Under the pieces are notes generated by a model. The model searched no databases. It had not been told where the DNA came from and was given only the letters and a program-made list of their open reading frames with translations. Below are positions 34,301 to 49,742 of a stretch of 64,000 nt of DNA, piece after piece. Location: the NCBI RefSeq assembly GCF_009914755.1, contig NC_060938.1; one strand, 5' to 3'. The stretch is from the human T2T-CHM13v2.0 reference genome, Homo sapiens. Made by a program: the position numbers and the translations under genes. How positions within the stretch are numbered: the stretch's first letter is position 1; each line of letters opens with the position of its first letter.

Positions 34301-36548
34301 GAAAATAAAGGAAATAATAAAGAACAAGAATTAATGGAGTAGAAAATGAAGATAAAGTGGATCAACTAAGCCAAAAGTTGATTCTTTGAAAAGATAATTG
34401 ATAAGTGTCTGGTAGACTGAAAAAGGAAGAAACACAAACAACCAATATCAGGAATGAAAGGATATTACAAATCCTAGAGTCATCTGACAAAATATGTGCA
34501 CAACTTCATGCCAATTAGTTGGAAATTTTAGATGAAGTGAATAAATTCTTTAAACTATGGAAGAGCCAAAATTGACAAATGAAAAAATAGAAAATTCGAG
34601 TAGTTCCCTATCTGCTAAAGAAGTGGAACCTATAGTTACTTTATTTGCTTTTCCATAGTGAAACAACAAGCCTAGATGGATTGATTCGTCAATGGAAAGA
34701 CAATCTTAAATTCTTACAAAGAGCAGTAGAAATGCAGGAACCCTCCCCAACTCATTTTATGATGCCAGAAAACCTAGATACCAAAACCTGGCAAAAACTT
34801 TATGAGAAAGGGACCTATTTCATTCCCCCCAACATCAATGCAAAAATCCCAAACAAAATACTAGCAAACTAAACTACACACATACACACACACACACACA
34901 CCCCTACACACACAGAATAATCACAATCAAGTTGGGTTTCTTCCTGAAAAAGTGAGGTTGGTGTGATAGTTGCAAATCAATCAATATGATTCAACACATT
35001 AACAGAATGAAAGGAGAAAAATAATATTTCAGTAGATCCAGAAAAAGTATTTGATAAACCAGTATCCACTCATAAAAAGTTTGCTTTTTAATATTCATCT
35101 TTATTTTTCTTATCTTGAGTATGCACATAAGATGTTCAGAGTCAGAGATAGATTTCTTATTACTCAGGGTAAACAAGTGCACCTGCCCACCTTTGCACTC
35201 GTCCATATCCCCCAGAGCAACCTGATAAGAAACTCATGGGATTTTGGCTATGTAAGTGGCCAAATACTGCATAGGCAAGGGACAGGGAAAATTAATTTTC
35301 CCTACTTATAAAGATGAAAGAGGCAGCCATCCTCTTCCCTTCCTGAAAGAGTCTGCTTTTACTCTATTCTTGTGGTAGACAAAGTCTCTCCAAAAGCCAG
35401 ATAGCCAACCCCATGTGTCTCCAAGAGCTGTCTCCTACATCCCAGGGAATACCTAGGAAGATAGCATATTAGAAATGAGGAAAGGTCTCAGCACAATAAC
35501 CTAAGTTCCCACCACAAGAAACAAGAAAAAGAATAGCAAAATAAGCCCAAAGCAGGCAAAAGAAAGGAAATAACCAAAAGCAGAAATCAATGAAACTGCA
35601 AATAGAAAAATACATAAACAAAAAACTGGTTCTTCAAAAAACAATCAAGAAAATCCATAAACCTGTAGAAAGACTGACAAAAAGAAAAAACACAAATCAT
35701 TATTATCAAGAATGAAATGAAGAGTATCACTATAAATCAGGCAGTCATTAAAAAGATAATGAGGAAATACTGTAACTTTCGGCTTATACACATGACAACT
35801 TAGAAGAAATAATCTGATTCTTGAAAACCACAAACTATTAAAACTCAACCAAGATGAAATAATCTGAATATCCTATAACCATTAAAGAATTAAATTCATA
35901 ATTTAAAATCTCCTGATAAAAGAAATCTCCAGACCCAGATGCCCTGGCTTCTTTGAGGTTCTTCCATGTTGTTTTATGTATCAATCATTCATTATTTTTT
36001 ATCGCTGAGTAGTGCTGCATGGTATAGAATATAACAGTTTGTTTATACCATTCACCTGTTGATGGACATTTGTTGGTTCCAGTTTTGGGCTATTATGTAA
36101 AGCTGCTATGAGCATTCATTTACAAGTCTTTATGTGGACATAAGCTTTCATTTCTCTTGGGCAAATACCTAGGACTGGGATGGCTAAATCATATGATAAG
36201 TGTATATTTAAATTTTTAAGGAACTGCTAAAAGTCTTTTTCAAGTTAATTGTACCTTTTGACATTCCCGCCAGCAGTTTATGTGTACAAAATGTATAATT
36301 ACATTTATGTAAAACTATAAAATGCAAACTAATCTATAATAATGCAAGCACATCATTGGTTGCCTGGAATGGGGTGGGCGAGGGGAAATGATTACAAAAG
36401 GGCAAAGGGAAACTTCTGGGGCTGATATATGTGTTTACTCTCTTGATTGTGGTTATGGTTCACAAGTGTAGCCATATGGCAAAACTTAACAAATTGTACA
36501 CTTTAAATATATGCAGTTTATCATACATCAATTATACCTCAGTAAAGG
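31330..36548 (+). mobile_element. Cluster of old L1 fragments, including an inverted segment ~35943-36283
   Basis: A-rich degenerate ORF1/ORF2 (e.g. aacatcaatgcaaaaatcccaaacaaaatactagcaaac) and L1M 3' UTR. Confidence 0.75.
32090..32393 (+). mobile_element. Alu (AluY/Sc-like)
   Basis: Full Alu; TSD aagRattcagtgaata. Confidence 0.9.
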
Positions 36549-36981
36549 TGTCAGAAATAACAGGATATTTATATTTAAATCTACCTTTGAATTACCGATT
36601 GTGACTGAGGTCTCATGTGGCTTACTGGTGAATCCAGTAGTTGAGGAAACGAAAGCCGTCACTTCTGCTAACTCTTTTACCAACTCACCTGCTGTCACCT
36701 TACACAACCCCAACTGTGTTTCAGCTTTGGAGTAATGAACACACCATTTTCTTCCTACTTAAAAGTCCACTCAGGATAATGATTAAGAAATACATTGATG
36801 CCGAGTAATAAATACTTTAAAAAAAGTTAAATGTGAACATTTGGCTTTCACAGCTCTTGACTGTCTTTGGCGAACCTTGACATAAAGCTGCCTTTTCCAT
36901 CTTGGGCTGCTGACAAAAAAGCCTAAGAAAGAAAGAGGGTGTGTACAGAAAATTACATGCCATAGAAAAATACCATACACA

Positions 36982-37274
36982 GGCCGGGAGCGGTGGCACT
37001 TTGGGAGGCCAGGGCGGGTGGATCATTTGAGGTCAGGAGTTTGAGACCAGCCTGGCCAACATGGTGAAACCCCCGTCTCTACTAAAAATACAAAACTTAG
37101 CCGGGCATGGTGGTGCACACCTGTAGTCCCAGCTACTTGGGAGGTTGAGGCAGGAGGATCGCTTGAACCCAGGAGGCAGAGATTGCGGTGAACTGAGATA
37201 GTGCCACTGTACTCTAGCCTGGGCGACACAGTAAGACTCCATCTCCAAAAGAAAGAAAGAAAGAAAGAAAAAAA
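36982..37274 (+). mobile_element. AluS with a short left-arm deletion
   Basis: ggccgggagcggtgg joined directly to cactttgggagg; (gaaa)n tail. Confidence 0.85.
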
Positions 37275-38601
37275 TGCCATACAGATGAATCTTTAAAGAT
37301 TTTAATTTATATATACCTCTTCTACCATTCATTGGCTGGAGTAGTTGAACAGACATCAGCAGGCACAATGCTAGGCAGGCACTGGAGATTCAGTGATGAA
37401 TAAAACAAAACTGACCTGGAACCTGGCCTCCTGAAGCTTCTCTTCATCTGTCTAAATTCCTTTCTTTCAAGGCCCAGTGCAAGTGACACCTTCATCAGGA
37501 AGGGCTTCCACATGATTCTATCTGCAAATCTCCCTTTTCTGAACTATTATGCTTATAGTCTGTACCAGGCCACATGACATATGTTATTTTGTGGCATTCT
37601 AGAATTATTCCAATCTTTTCATTCTTATAATTGGTGTGTTGTATTCAATAAATAATGTTGTTATTCCAGTTTTCATCACTGGTCACGCAAGAGTCCTCTC
37701 TTTATTATATTTTATCCCCATAGTTCACCCCGTTTCCTCCCCATCCTAAGTAACTATTACCATACCTAAATATATATCTAATTAGGTTGTATGTTTTCTT
37801 GCAAAATGAGCACTATCTTCTGTGCACATATATTTGTGTATGTGAACAGTATTGTGTTAGCGTTGCTTCTTTATTTCTTCACTTATGACTATGCCTCTAG
37901 TACATATCCATGTTGTTATGTATGCATTTATTCCATTGCTTCTACCCGCTATACCTCATCGTGTACCTCTACCACATGTCATCTTCCCCCTTTTCCAAGG
38001 ACAGCCACTTGGGTGGCTTCCAACTTGCCCAACAACTATTCTACAGTTATTTTATGTATGTTACTTTGGCTCCAGCTCAATTGTGAACTGCTTGTAGATA
38101 AGGACCATGTTTTTCTTTACCTGTTACTCCTGCTGATTTCCTATTAGTGCCTGTGCATGTTTTCTGCTGTAAGGTGTTAAATGTTAAAGTAAAATTAATA
38201 ATAGTAGAAGTAAGGAGTTGCCAGTGGAATCTTCCTGAGCTGAATCTAATCATGGCTTTACCCCTTACTAGCTTTGTGACCTTGACCTTGGAAAAGTAAA
38301 ACCTTGTTGGTCTTTCTTCATCTATCAAGGTAGGTAATACCATCTATCTTAGTGGGCTGTTATGAGGAATGAGTTAATTAACTAATACTAAGCACTCCAG
38401 TACAGTAGAAGACATACAACAGGTGTTTAATGAATAATAGGTGCAATGAATCCTACCTGCTGCTTCAAATTACAGCCATCTGTACCTGTCAACTTTTCTA
38501 AGAGTATAAGCATCTTGGAGGTAAGGTCATTTCAAATACTTCTTTATATCTGGTCATTACCCAGCACTCTGCTTTGTGTGAAATATTCTATACATTTATG
38601 T

Positions 38602-38975
38602 TGCTATGGTTTGGATGTTTTTGTCCCCTCCAAAATTCATGTCGAAACTTAATCCCCAAAGCAACAGTATTAAAGGATGTGGCCTTTAAGAGGTGACTGA
38701 GTAATGAATGAGATTAAATGCTCTTTTGAAAGCATTTTGCTCCTCTTTCCCTTCTGTCCCTTCCACCATGTGAGGACATACATTCCTCCACTGTGGAGGA
38801 TGCAGCAATGAGGTGCCATCTTGGAAGCAGAGATCAGCCTTCACCAGACACTAATTCTGCTGGTGCATTGGTCTTGGAATTCCCAGCCTCAAGAGCCAGG
38901 AAAAACAGATTTCTGTTGTTTATAAATTACCAAATCTGTGGTATTTTGTTATAGCAGCACAAATGGACTAAGACA
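38602..38975 (+). mobile_element. MST/MLT1A-type solo LTR
   Basis: tgctatggtttggatg...ggactaagaca. Confidence 0.8.
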
Positions 38976-39084
38976 AATCTGTTAACTTAGATTTTAAGCA
39001 TATGTGCTAAAGTATTTTAAAAGGTTATTTTATCCAAGAATATAGTATGAGTTAATACCTTTTTTGCAAGATTCATGGCAATCT

Positions 39085-39104
39085 TTTATTATTTATTTTT
39101 TATT
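39085..39104 (-). terminator. DHRS7 poly(A) signal cluster
   Basis: Three AATAAA on the minus strand (tttatt at 39085, 39092, 39099), ~150 nt after the stop. Confidence 0.75.
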
Positions 39105-39247
39105 TCATTCCATGTTGGAAGCAAAGTCATATCTATTAAAAAGTAAAATCACAAATTAGTCTTTGATTATTCAGAAGCATAAGAAGATTGCTGTTTTCAT
39201 GTTTTCCATTTCTCCCTCCAGTGGCTTGAAAAGTACAGGTGCTCTTT

Positions 39248-39295
39248 TCAGTCATGTTTTGTCTTAAAGATTTTAAAATAAGAAGAGTCTGCATC
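39248..39295 (-). CDS. DHRS7: DHRS7 exon 7 (last)
   Basis: tacag|GATGCA; DADSSYFKIFKTKHD-TGA; spliced total 339 aa. Confidence 0.93.
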   Translation of the reverse strand, partial: DADSSYFKIFKTKHD

Positions 39296-39678
39296 CTGTA
39301 AAAGAGGGACAGAAACATGGATCAGTACCTACTCCTATTTACTCCAGTTTTTAACATTTAAGTCCTTCTGTTTTGAGGAGCTGTATCATTATGATTCACT
39401 ATTAAGAATCTTTACAAAAGTTCAGAAACTGCTTAAATTAGAATTTAAAAATCATAGCCAAAATTCTAGATGTACACAAAAGTACTTCTAATGAGTTTAG
39501 CATCATCTCTGGTTTAGAGGAGGTATAAATAGCATTGGACTGCAATGCTAAATTCTCTATAATGACTTTTCTGGATCAGCATATCATACCTACACTGACT
39601 TGCCCTAATAAATAAAAACAATGAGTCAGATTATGTAGAATTGAGATATATGGAAGATAACTCTTTAAAATTATTTGT

Positions 39679-40006
<328 letters not shown>

Positions 40007-40719
40007 TTAAGGAATAAAACAAGGCAACCTGATAATCCCCAAGATGTGATGTTTCTTTTCAGAAGATATGCATTTACCACTTTCAAAACTTTGCACTAAG
40101 AAAGACAAAATAATAATAATGATAATACAAAATTCAGTGTAGCCACTGTTCTTGATCCCTAAAAATAATAAAGATTCATAAAAACAAAGTTCCAGACATA
40201 CAGACTAAAGAAGCAAATTCTAGTTAACAAGTACTATTAGCTTGAAATAAGCTATGCTAGCATTTTCTTAACTTAGACGCTTATCAATAAGAAAATTTAT
40301 ATATATACATATATATAAAATATAAAATAGTGGGAGAGAGGAAGAGTACAGACTATAAAGAATGAGGTATTATGTCCTAAAAATTGCTTTGAGAAATGAC
40401 AGAATGCCCAGCTTATAATAAAGAGTGACAAAGTAGTAAGACTATATAATAAGCAATATTTCAAAGATGGTGGTAGGAAGAAAAAGGCTGTCATTTTTTT
40501 AGAAAAACCTAGATGTAAAAAAAATGCGAGATTTGCTAAATGATGTTTATATTTTACAGTTAGATATTCTCTAAACAAAACAAAATATCCTTCATATGGA
40601 CATTTCTGGAAGTACTACTACAGTGGGACTGAAATTCTCTAGTCCCTGGTCCCTCTTTCCCCTTTGAAAAAAAAATCACTTCTATAATATATTCTTTCTC
40701 TGCCCTATTATTTAAATTG

Positions 40720-41790
<1,071 letters not shown>

Positions 41791-43101
41791 TGTCAATTAT
41801 AAAGAAAATCTTTGATCATTAAGGAAGCTGAATATCCTGCTATATCTAACTCAAGCTGAGAAGGGGGAAAAAGCACAATAGCTAACACTTAGAACACTCC
41901 AAGTTGTGTTTTAAGTGCTTTTCATATATTAAATTCATGTAATTCCCATAACAATCCTGTGACTGGGCACTATTATCATCATTAATCTCCATCTTATATT
42001 AATAGATGGGGAGACTGAGTGATAGAGAAGTAACTTGCTTTAAGGGCATGGGGCAGAGCTGGGATTTGAACCCAGGTAGCCTAGCACCAGGCTGCATGCT
42101 CTGCCAGGAGGCTGTGCTTCCTCTGTAGTAAGGTGGCCTGTCCCTCTCAACTCTTTCCATCACTGGGCACAAAGCTACTGCATCAGCTGTCCTCCATATT
42201 TAAAACTCAGGTATACTCTTTGATGAAACTCTACCTTTAGAGCTTCTACCCACACTACCAAGTCCCAACAATACCAAAACACTCATAAGGGATCTGGCCC
42301 AAAGCAAACTGTTCCACATTACTACTTGGTAGAAAACGAAAAGCTCCTTTTTGATTTTTCACACTCTGGACATTTTAGTGTGTCATGACCCAGTCTGATA
42401 ACCTTTTATGTCTCTTAAGCATTTTGTTGTGTTTGTAACTTTTTACCCCCTAATTCATTTTCACTGTCCTGCAAAGAGTTGGAATAAATTAAATGTCTAA
42501 CAATTAGTGGATTGCTTAAATTTTTGCAGGTATATATAGTATGATCTTGTTTTATAATTCTTTTTTTATCTGTCAATCCCCATTGATTAATTTCTAAAAG
42601 AAGGTGGTAACAAAGTATATCAAAGGCTAACAGTAAAAACCATCCTCAGCAATAATCTTTTGCTGCATAATCATCTATAATTTTTGGTTTACTTCATTAC
42701 ATTTCCTGTACTGTCTATAAATTAAATTCTTTTGAGGGTCACAATTTCTCAGAAATGGTTAATAGTATTCCCTGACTAATTGCTATAAAGAATGAGTGCT
42801 GAAAGAATGATAATCAGCATATTTCCTTAGACAGGGGAATAGGCACATCTTAGATGTGCTGAGTACTTCGGGAATGAGGTAAAACTGCATGCATCTGTTT
42901 TAACAACACAGTAAGTGCTTTGACAGGAAAGCATAGGGGCTGAGGTGCACTTGGTCCTGGGGAGAAGTGGGAGGGAAGGCCAGGTACCATTCCAAGGAGG
43001 TGACATGGGAGTTGAGACTGGTAGGATGGGTAGGAGTTGGTGGGGAGAAACAGTAGGGAAAGAGCATTTTGACACACACACTGGTCAAACAATATGTATA
43101 G

Positions 43102-43550
<449 letters not shown>

Positions 43551-43634
43551 AGAAAGTTTTTTAAACACTGGAAAATTCTGTACCTTCCTGCAAGATTGGT
43601 ACATACTATTAAGAAACTTAGAAATTGGTCTTAC

Positions 43635-43850
43635 CACACCACTCTTAAAGTTCTCAATCCTTTTCTTCCCCATCTTGTTGGTTATCCACCAGGCCCAGGT
43701 TGGCATGTATTGCCACAAATATGTTACTAACAAGAAAGGTTGTTCTGAGATCCAAACTTCTTTCAAATCATTGGCCATGCTGATTAACATCAGCCGCACA
43801 CAACGACTGGTTGTCATCTTGTGGGACTGGTCTCCATTATTGCCTATAGT
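43635..43850 (-). CDS. DHRS7: DHRS7 exon 6
   Basis: cttag|ACTATA...GTG|gtaaga; TIGNNGDQSHKMTTSRC...NFKSGV. Confidence 0.93.
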
Positions 43851-44346
43851 CTAAGAAAAGTTAAAAATTAAGTGAATTTATCCAAGCGATTTCACATAAC
43901 TTTAAGCTAGAAAGGACTCAAATGCCGTCTAGTTGAGTGGTTCCTTTAGTGGAGCTTCATGCCCCTTAGGAGTCTCCATAGGTACTAATGGGAGTTTATA
44001 AACTATTTGTAATATTTCAAAAAGCCTAACAGAAACCATATGCTTACTAGATAATATAGTGCAGGCTAACTAAAAGATGAAGATTCTTTGCTTTTAATTA
44101 GAATTGCATCACCCTAATGTGCTTAATGACAATTATCACTTTTGTAATAAAAATCAAACTATTAAGACAATGCATTTAGCAAATGAAATTCCATAAACAA
44201 TTTTCATAATGGCAGGAGTTTTGTGAATAATTCACATAAAAGCACTTCTAAGGCAAAAACTATGATATACAGTGATACAACACCAATATATAATGCCAAT
44301 ATATAACTAGTAAACATTCAAATTATTCCCAACTAGAAATTTTTAC

Positions 44347-44469
44347 CTTTGTGACTTCTCCAGCTAGGGAATTCTCCACAATATTTGATTGCACAGGTCC
44401 TGGGCAAATGTTAGAAACTATTATACCTGGGTATGTGGCAAGTTCTGTTCGAAGGCCATTAAAAAAACC
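44347..44469 (-). CDS. DHRS7: DHRS7 exon 5
   Basis: gttag|GGTTTT...AAG|gtaaaa; GFFNGLRTELATYPGIIVSNICPGPVQS (SDR PG motif). Confidence 0.93.
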
Positions 44470-44604
44470 CTAACAGACAAAAAAAAAAAAAAAGGAAAAA
44501 GGCAAATAAATACAGACACATATCTCATGATTTATCAAAATATGTTCTAAAATGTGTGAGTAAAGGACAGGTAGTGTAATCATGCAAGCTTATTAGGCAC
44601 TTTT

Positions 44605-45045
44605 TTTTATTATTATATTTTAAGTTCTAGGGTACATGTGCACAACATGCAGGTTTGTTACATATGTATACATGTGCCACGTTGGTGTGCTGCACCCATT
44701 AACTGGTCATTTACATTAGGCATATCTCCTAATGCTATCCGTCCCCACTCCCCCCACCCCATGACAGGCCCCACTGTGTGATGTTCCCCTTCCTGTGTCC
44801 AAGTGTTCTCATTGTTCAATTCCCACCTATGAGTGAGAACATGCAGTGTTTGGTTTTTTGTCCTTGCAATAGTTTGCTGAGAATGATGGTTTCTAGGTTC
44901 ATCCATGCCCCTACAAAGGACATGAACTCATCCTTTTTTATGGATGCATAGTATTCCATGGTGTATATGTGCCACATTTTCTTAATCCAGTCCATCATTG
45001 ATGGACATTTGAGTTGGTTCCAAGTCTTTGCTATTGTGAATAGTG
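44605..45045 (-). mobile_element. 5'-truncated L1PA (primate) 3' end
   Basis: L1PA 3' UTR and ORF2 tail; TSD tatWaggcactttt at 44591 and 45046. Confidence 0.9.
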
Positions 45046-47220
45046 TATAAGGCACTTTTAACAGTAGACTGGAGGCAATCTAGAACAGACATTCTCAGCT
45101 CTTTCCAGGTATAAATGGTTCACCCCCTTTGATAGTGAGGGGTCTTCCCATCAATGATTTTTATGGTAGGCATGCACTGGATAGGTAAAAAGAACTATCC
45201 CTATAGATTCTGATATATGCTCTTCATACCAGTCCTCCTCTCCCCACTCCAAAAGGGGTATATGTCCTCCACTGAGAATCACTGAGGTCAGGTTTCTATT
45301 TATTCCCCAAAGTAGTCTAAAGTGCAAATTTTTGGGGCAAAGGTGAGGAAGATGGGATTAGTACTTCACAGAAAGTATCAGAAAGAATGAATTCAACTTT
45401 TTCCATTTATATTTCTATTTTAACAGTATTAATTCATTTTAGCAAACATTTATCTTTTTGGGTAATAAGAGGGTATGTGGCTAATTAAAAATGTAATATG
45501 ATTGCCTACTGAATGACTTGTGTAAAACAGACTAGACCTTCTAGACTTAAAAAGATACTGACCATTTCTAAACCAATGGGGAGTAAACAGAAATCTACTG
45601 CCTCTCATCTCTTCCTAAATTAGGAAATGTTCCAAGACTACATTGTTATAAGGCTGGGTTATCTATTGAAAAGCCTAAACAGCTAACCCACAGTACATTG
45701 TATATGATCCAAAAATGTTAAACAGTTATCAGCTCTGAAATGCTGACCCCAACAAACAGAGGGGCTATGAGGGTTTATGATCAGAGACCAATACAGTGCC
45801 AGACTCAGAGATGAACCCAAAAAAAAAAAAAAAGCTTGCTAATTGAATGGAAAACTCCCATAACTTTAACCTTCTGCCTCTCTGTAGCAAAAGAGGAGAG
45901 AGGACACCAAGCAAGCCAATATATCAAACACTAAAACCTCTCCTTGTTTGAAATCACATCTAGTATTGTGTGTAAACTTTTCAATGATAAACAAGTTAAT
46001 TCTGTAGTTTACTGAGAATCTGAGAAGGAAATGTGCTCTTCAAAAAGAGCTTCCTGGTAACTACAGTCTCAACCTGCCACATTTTATCATAGGATCAAAT
46101 CCAGTAATAAAATAATGAGTCTTGGAGGGCAGGCCAGACAGCTCATCTGTGTTTACTGAAAGCATCCGGCATATCTTATGAGACACGTGGTGCCAAACAG
46201 ATGGGTGGCCGCCCTCCCTCATCTGCCTGCCTGAGGCTTGCCCAACTGCTCCACAGGAAGTGACTGATGCCTGTTACTAAATATGAGGAAATCATCAGTA
46301 TAGCATTCCGCTTCATCACTGTCTGCAATTGTCTGCACTTTGCAGCAGAAAAAAGATGTCCTAAAGAACCAAAGCTTCAAATTTTCATGAAACCATGATG
46401 ACCATGTAGCTATTGCATCTCATGATTCCAACAGTGAAACATTCTACTTAAACTGACTTCAACAGCTTTAAATATAAATTTTGTGTCTTCCTTAATCATT
46501 CTTTTCCTATTGGCCTTATAATTTCTTTATATCCAGTCTTAAGCCACCATTAAAAATTCATCCATTTCTAATATTTATACATCGTAAGTTATGCAGTCCA
46601 AATCAAGCTTCTCTCCTTGCCTCTGCCTTGACTAGATTTTCTTCTTCCAATGAAACCAGAGAGAATACAGTCAAGATTTTTCCCAGTAAGGATATGAGAC
46701 CAGGACTAATCATCCTGTGGGAAGTACCTATTTCTGACATGCATATATAATTAGACCAGGCAAAATAAACACCAACTACAAGGGGCAAGGAAAAGAAGTC
46801 ACAGAAATGGGGAGGAAAAAGTACATCCTGAAGTGTATGTAGAAGAAAGGAGAAGTGGACCCCCAATTTTCCATGAAGATTTAGTAGGAATAAGGATAAG
46901 GTGAAGAGTAACATGTTAAATAGATGATACACTTTTTGAGGGCAGAGACCACATCTTATTATCTTTATATCCCCAGGGTCTGTTGTAGTACATGGCACAA
47001 TGCAGTGCTTGATACATATTTATTTGTTCAACAAGTTAGAGGCATGTGTGGATCAAGTCTTTTTTAGCATCTACTGGGGGTGTCCTCTACCAAAAGTCTC
47101 CTTGGGTCTCTCTGTCTCCCCACATCACTTCCAGTTCCAAGGACCTCACACAGTGATGGCCATATCCCCCATATACACATTTAAGTCAGTTCTATCAGAG
47201 TTGAGTTTGAGCAGCCTTAC

Positions 47221-47460
47221 CCGGAGAGCATGCTTGCTAGCACAGTATCCAATGGAAAGAGGTACAGATATGATACCCAGGATGCTATTCACAGTAACAA
47301 TCTTTCCTTGCTTCCTCTCGATCATGTGAGGCAGAACACATTTTGTCAAGGACACCGTCCCTAAGTAGTTAAGCTCTATTAGCTTTCTGTAGACATCCAA
47401 GCTGGTATCCATGCACAGAGAACGCTGGGACATTCCACCATTGTTGACCAGAATGTCGAT
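47221..47460 (-). CDS. DHRS7: DHRS7 exon 4
   Basis: actag|ATCGAC...CGG|gtaagg; IDILVNNGG motif and catalytic YCASK (YxxxK). Confidence 0.96.
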
Positions 47461-47700
47461 CTAGTTAAATAAAATCAGAAAAGGGGTGTTTGGGGGATGT
47501 CTTGTGGATAGATTGATGGAATTCCTATGGATGGTTGGTTATTTTGTTAACTTAAAGAATCAATGGAACAATGGTATATTTCCAGAAGTCAGCAATTAAA
47601 AAGATAAAATAAAGCCCTGAATTTACCTGTGGAATTAAATTCCCGTTTTAGGTGACTTTTTGTGAAAGTTAATAATTGTCATTAAAATAAATAAAAGCAG

Positions 47701-48054
<354 letters not shown>

Positions 48055-48240
48055 TTAAGACATGAAAAGTACTAATTCCATAATGACAAAGGCTCAGAGA
48101 TTAAGGGGCCCAACTCATGGGCCCGATCTCACTGCATGGACCCCACTTGCCTAAAGCCCTTTGTATGACAGCACCACGGATGGGAATCTCTTCTGCAGTT
48201 ACTTCAAAGCAAGACTATATCAATATAAGATGCTACTTAC

Positions 48241-48347
48241 TCTACCAAACTCCTGGAGAACAGCTTTGGTAGCCGCTTCATGGGAACCAGTGTCGGTCAG
48301 GTCAAGGGGCAAAACAAGTATATCTTTTTCTTTTAAATTGCCATTCT
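48241..48347 (-). CDS. DHRS7: DHRS7 exon 3
   Basis: tttag|AGAAT...AGA|gtaagt; ENGNLKEKDILVLPLDLTD...EFGR. Confidence 0.94.
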
Positions 48348-49448
48348 CTAAATAAAGACAAAAATTTGTGTGGAAGTCATGCCATAGTTCAGTCAAGCTC
48401 CTTGCTACTCCCACTAACACCCACCCTGCAACAGGACTTGGCAACAAACTCATTTCTGGGTGGCCCTGTGAAAGTTCCTCTCGGTGGTCAGGAAGAGGAC
48501 TAGTGGTTATATCAGACAAAAAGCTGGCTGGCCTCACAGGAAGTAGAATGGCAACTTGAATATGCAGTCTAACTTTACAATTTGATTTCTGATAGAAATC
48601 AAGATTATACTACAAACTAGAAAAGAGCAAATATTTTAGAGCAATTTCTTTAGAAGTACAGAGGTACCTTTGTTTTGTGATAGGCTCACAAAGATGAGTT
48701 GCTCTTCTACACACAAAACAACTACTTGTGCTTAAAATCAGTAAGAAGCTCAGAGTCCTACAGTCAAATGACATATAGAAGCTTCTCTCCAGAGGCTAAG
48801 GATTCCTGGAGGTAAACAGGGAAAAGGACACATGCCTGAAATTCCCAACCAAGAAACATGCTGCTGCTTTGTGATTGGCTTTCTGTTCATCAAAAGAACA
48901 ACTGAAACTAATTTTCCTGGACTCTAACCTTGAAATACAAGTAACATCAGTAAGAAAAACAAGCAAGTATAGAAAATAGAAGAGGTAAAAAGACTTCATG
49001 GGCAAAAGAGTTAAGCGTGAAACATCAACTGTATTAAATGAAAAAGTGGGCACTACAGATCTGCAAGATAAAAGGAAACAGCCTTGTGCCAGGTAAGAAA
49101 TGCTGACCTGGTTCATCTACTCCACCAGTACAGGACTTGCAAGTCACAGCAGTAGAGGAACAACTATCAAAAGAAGTGGCCCAGTGCAAAAACACAAGAG
49201 GCCTTTGAAAGCAGTATCATGAAAGAGGCCTGTTGCCCTGCTGAGCACTACTGTGGCAACTAACTCTCATTTCTGGGTGGTTAGCTCGATCAGCAAAGTT
49301 AAAGATTTAAAAGAATGACAGGTAGAGAGATGGCCCAAAAAATGGTCTGTTGGAAAATTCAAAATTATCTCAGTTTAGGTACTATTAATAAATGTTCCAT
49401 GAAAAATAATAACTTTATACTTGAAGTTGCTTTCAATGTGAACATAAT

Positions 49449-49742
49449 GGCTGGGTGCGGTGGCTCACACCTGTAATCCCAGCATTTTGGGAGGCCGAGG
49501 CAGGCAGATCACCTGAGGTCAGGAGGTCGAGACCAGCATGGCCAACATGGTGAAACCCCGTCTCCATTAAAAATACAAAAATTAGCTGGGTGTGGTGGTG
49601 CACGTCTGTGGCCCCAGCTACTCAGGAGGCTGAGGTACAAGAATCGCTTGAACCTGTGAGGCGGAAGTTGCAATGAGCCAAGATCACACCATTGTACTCC
49701 AGCCTGGGCAACAAAGTGAGACTTCATCTCAAAAAGAAAAAA
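49449..49742 (+). mobile_element. AluS
   Basis: Full dimeric Alu. Confidence 0.9.

Noticed and set aside
36528-36735. Opposing short ORFs and a consensus minus-strand donor (CAG|GTGAGT, ~36683-36691)
   Set aside because: No recognisable homology, no convincing partner acceptor, and beyond the DHRS7 poly(A) signals
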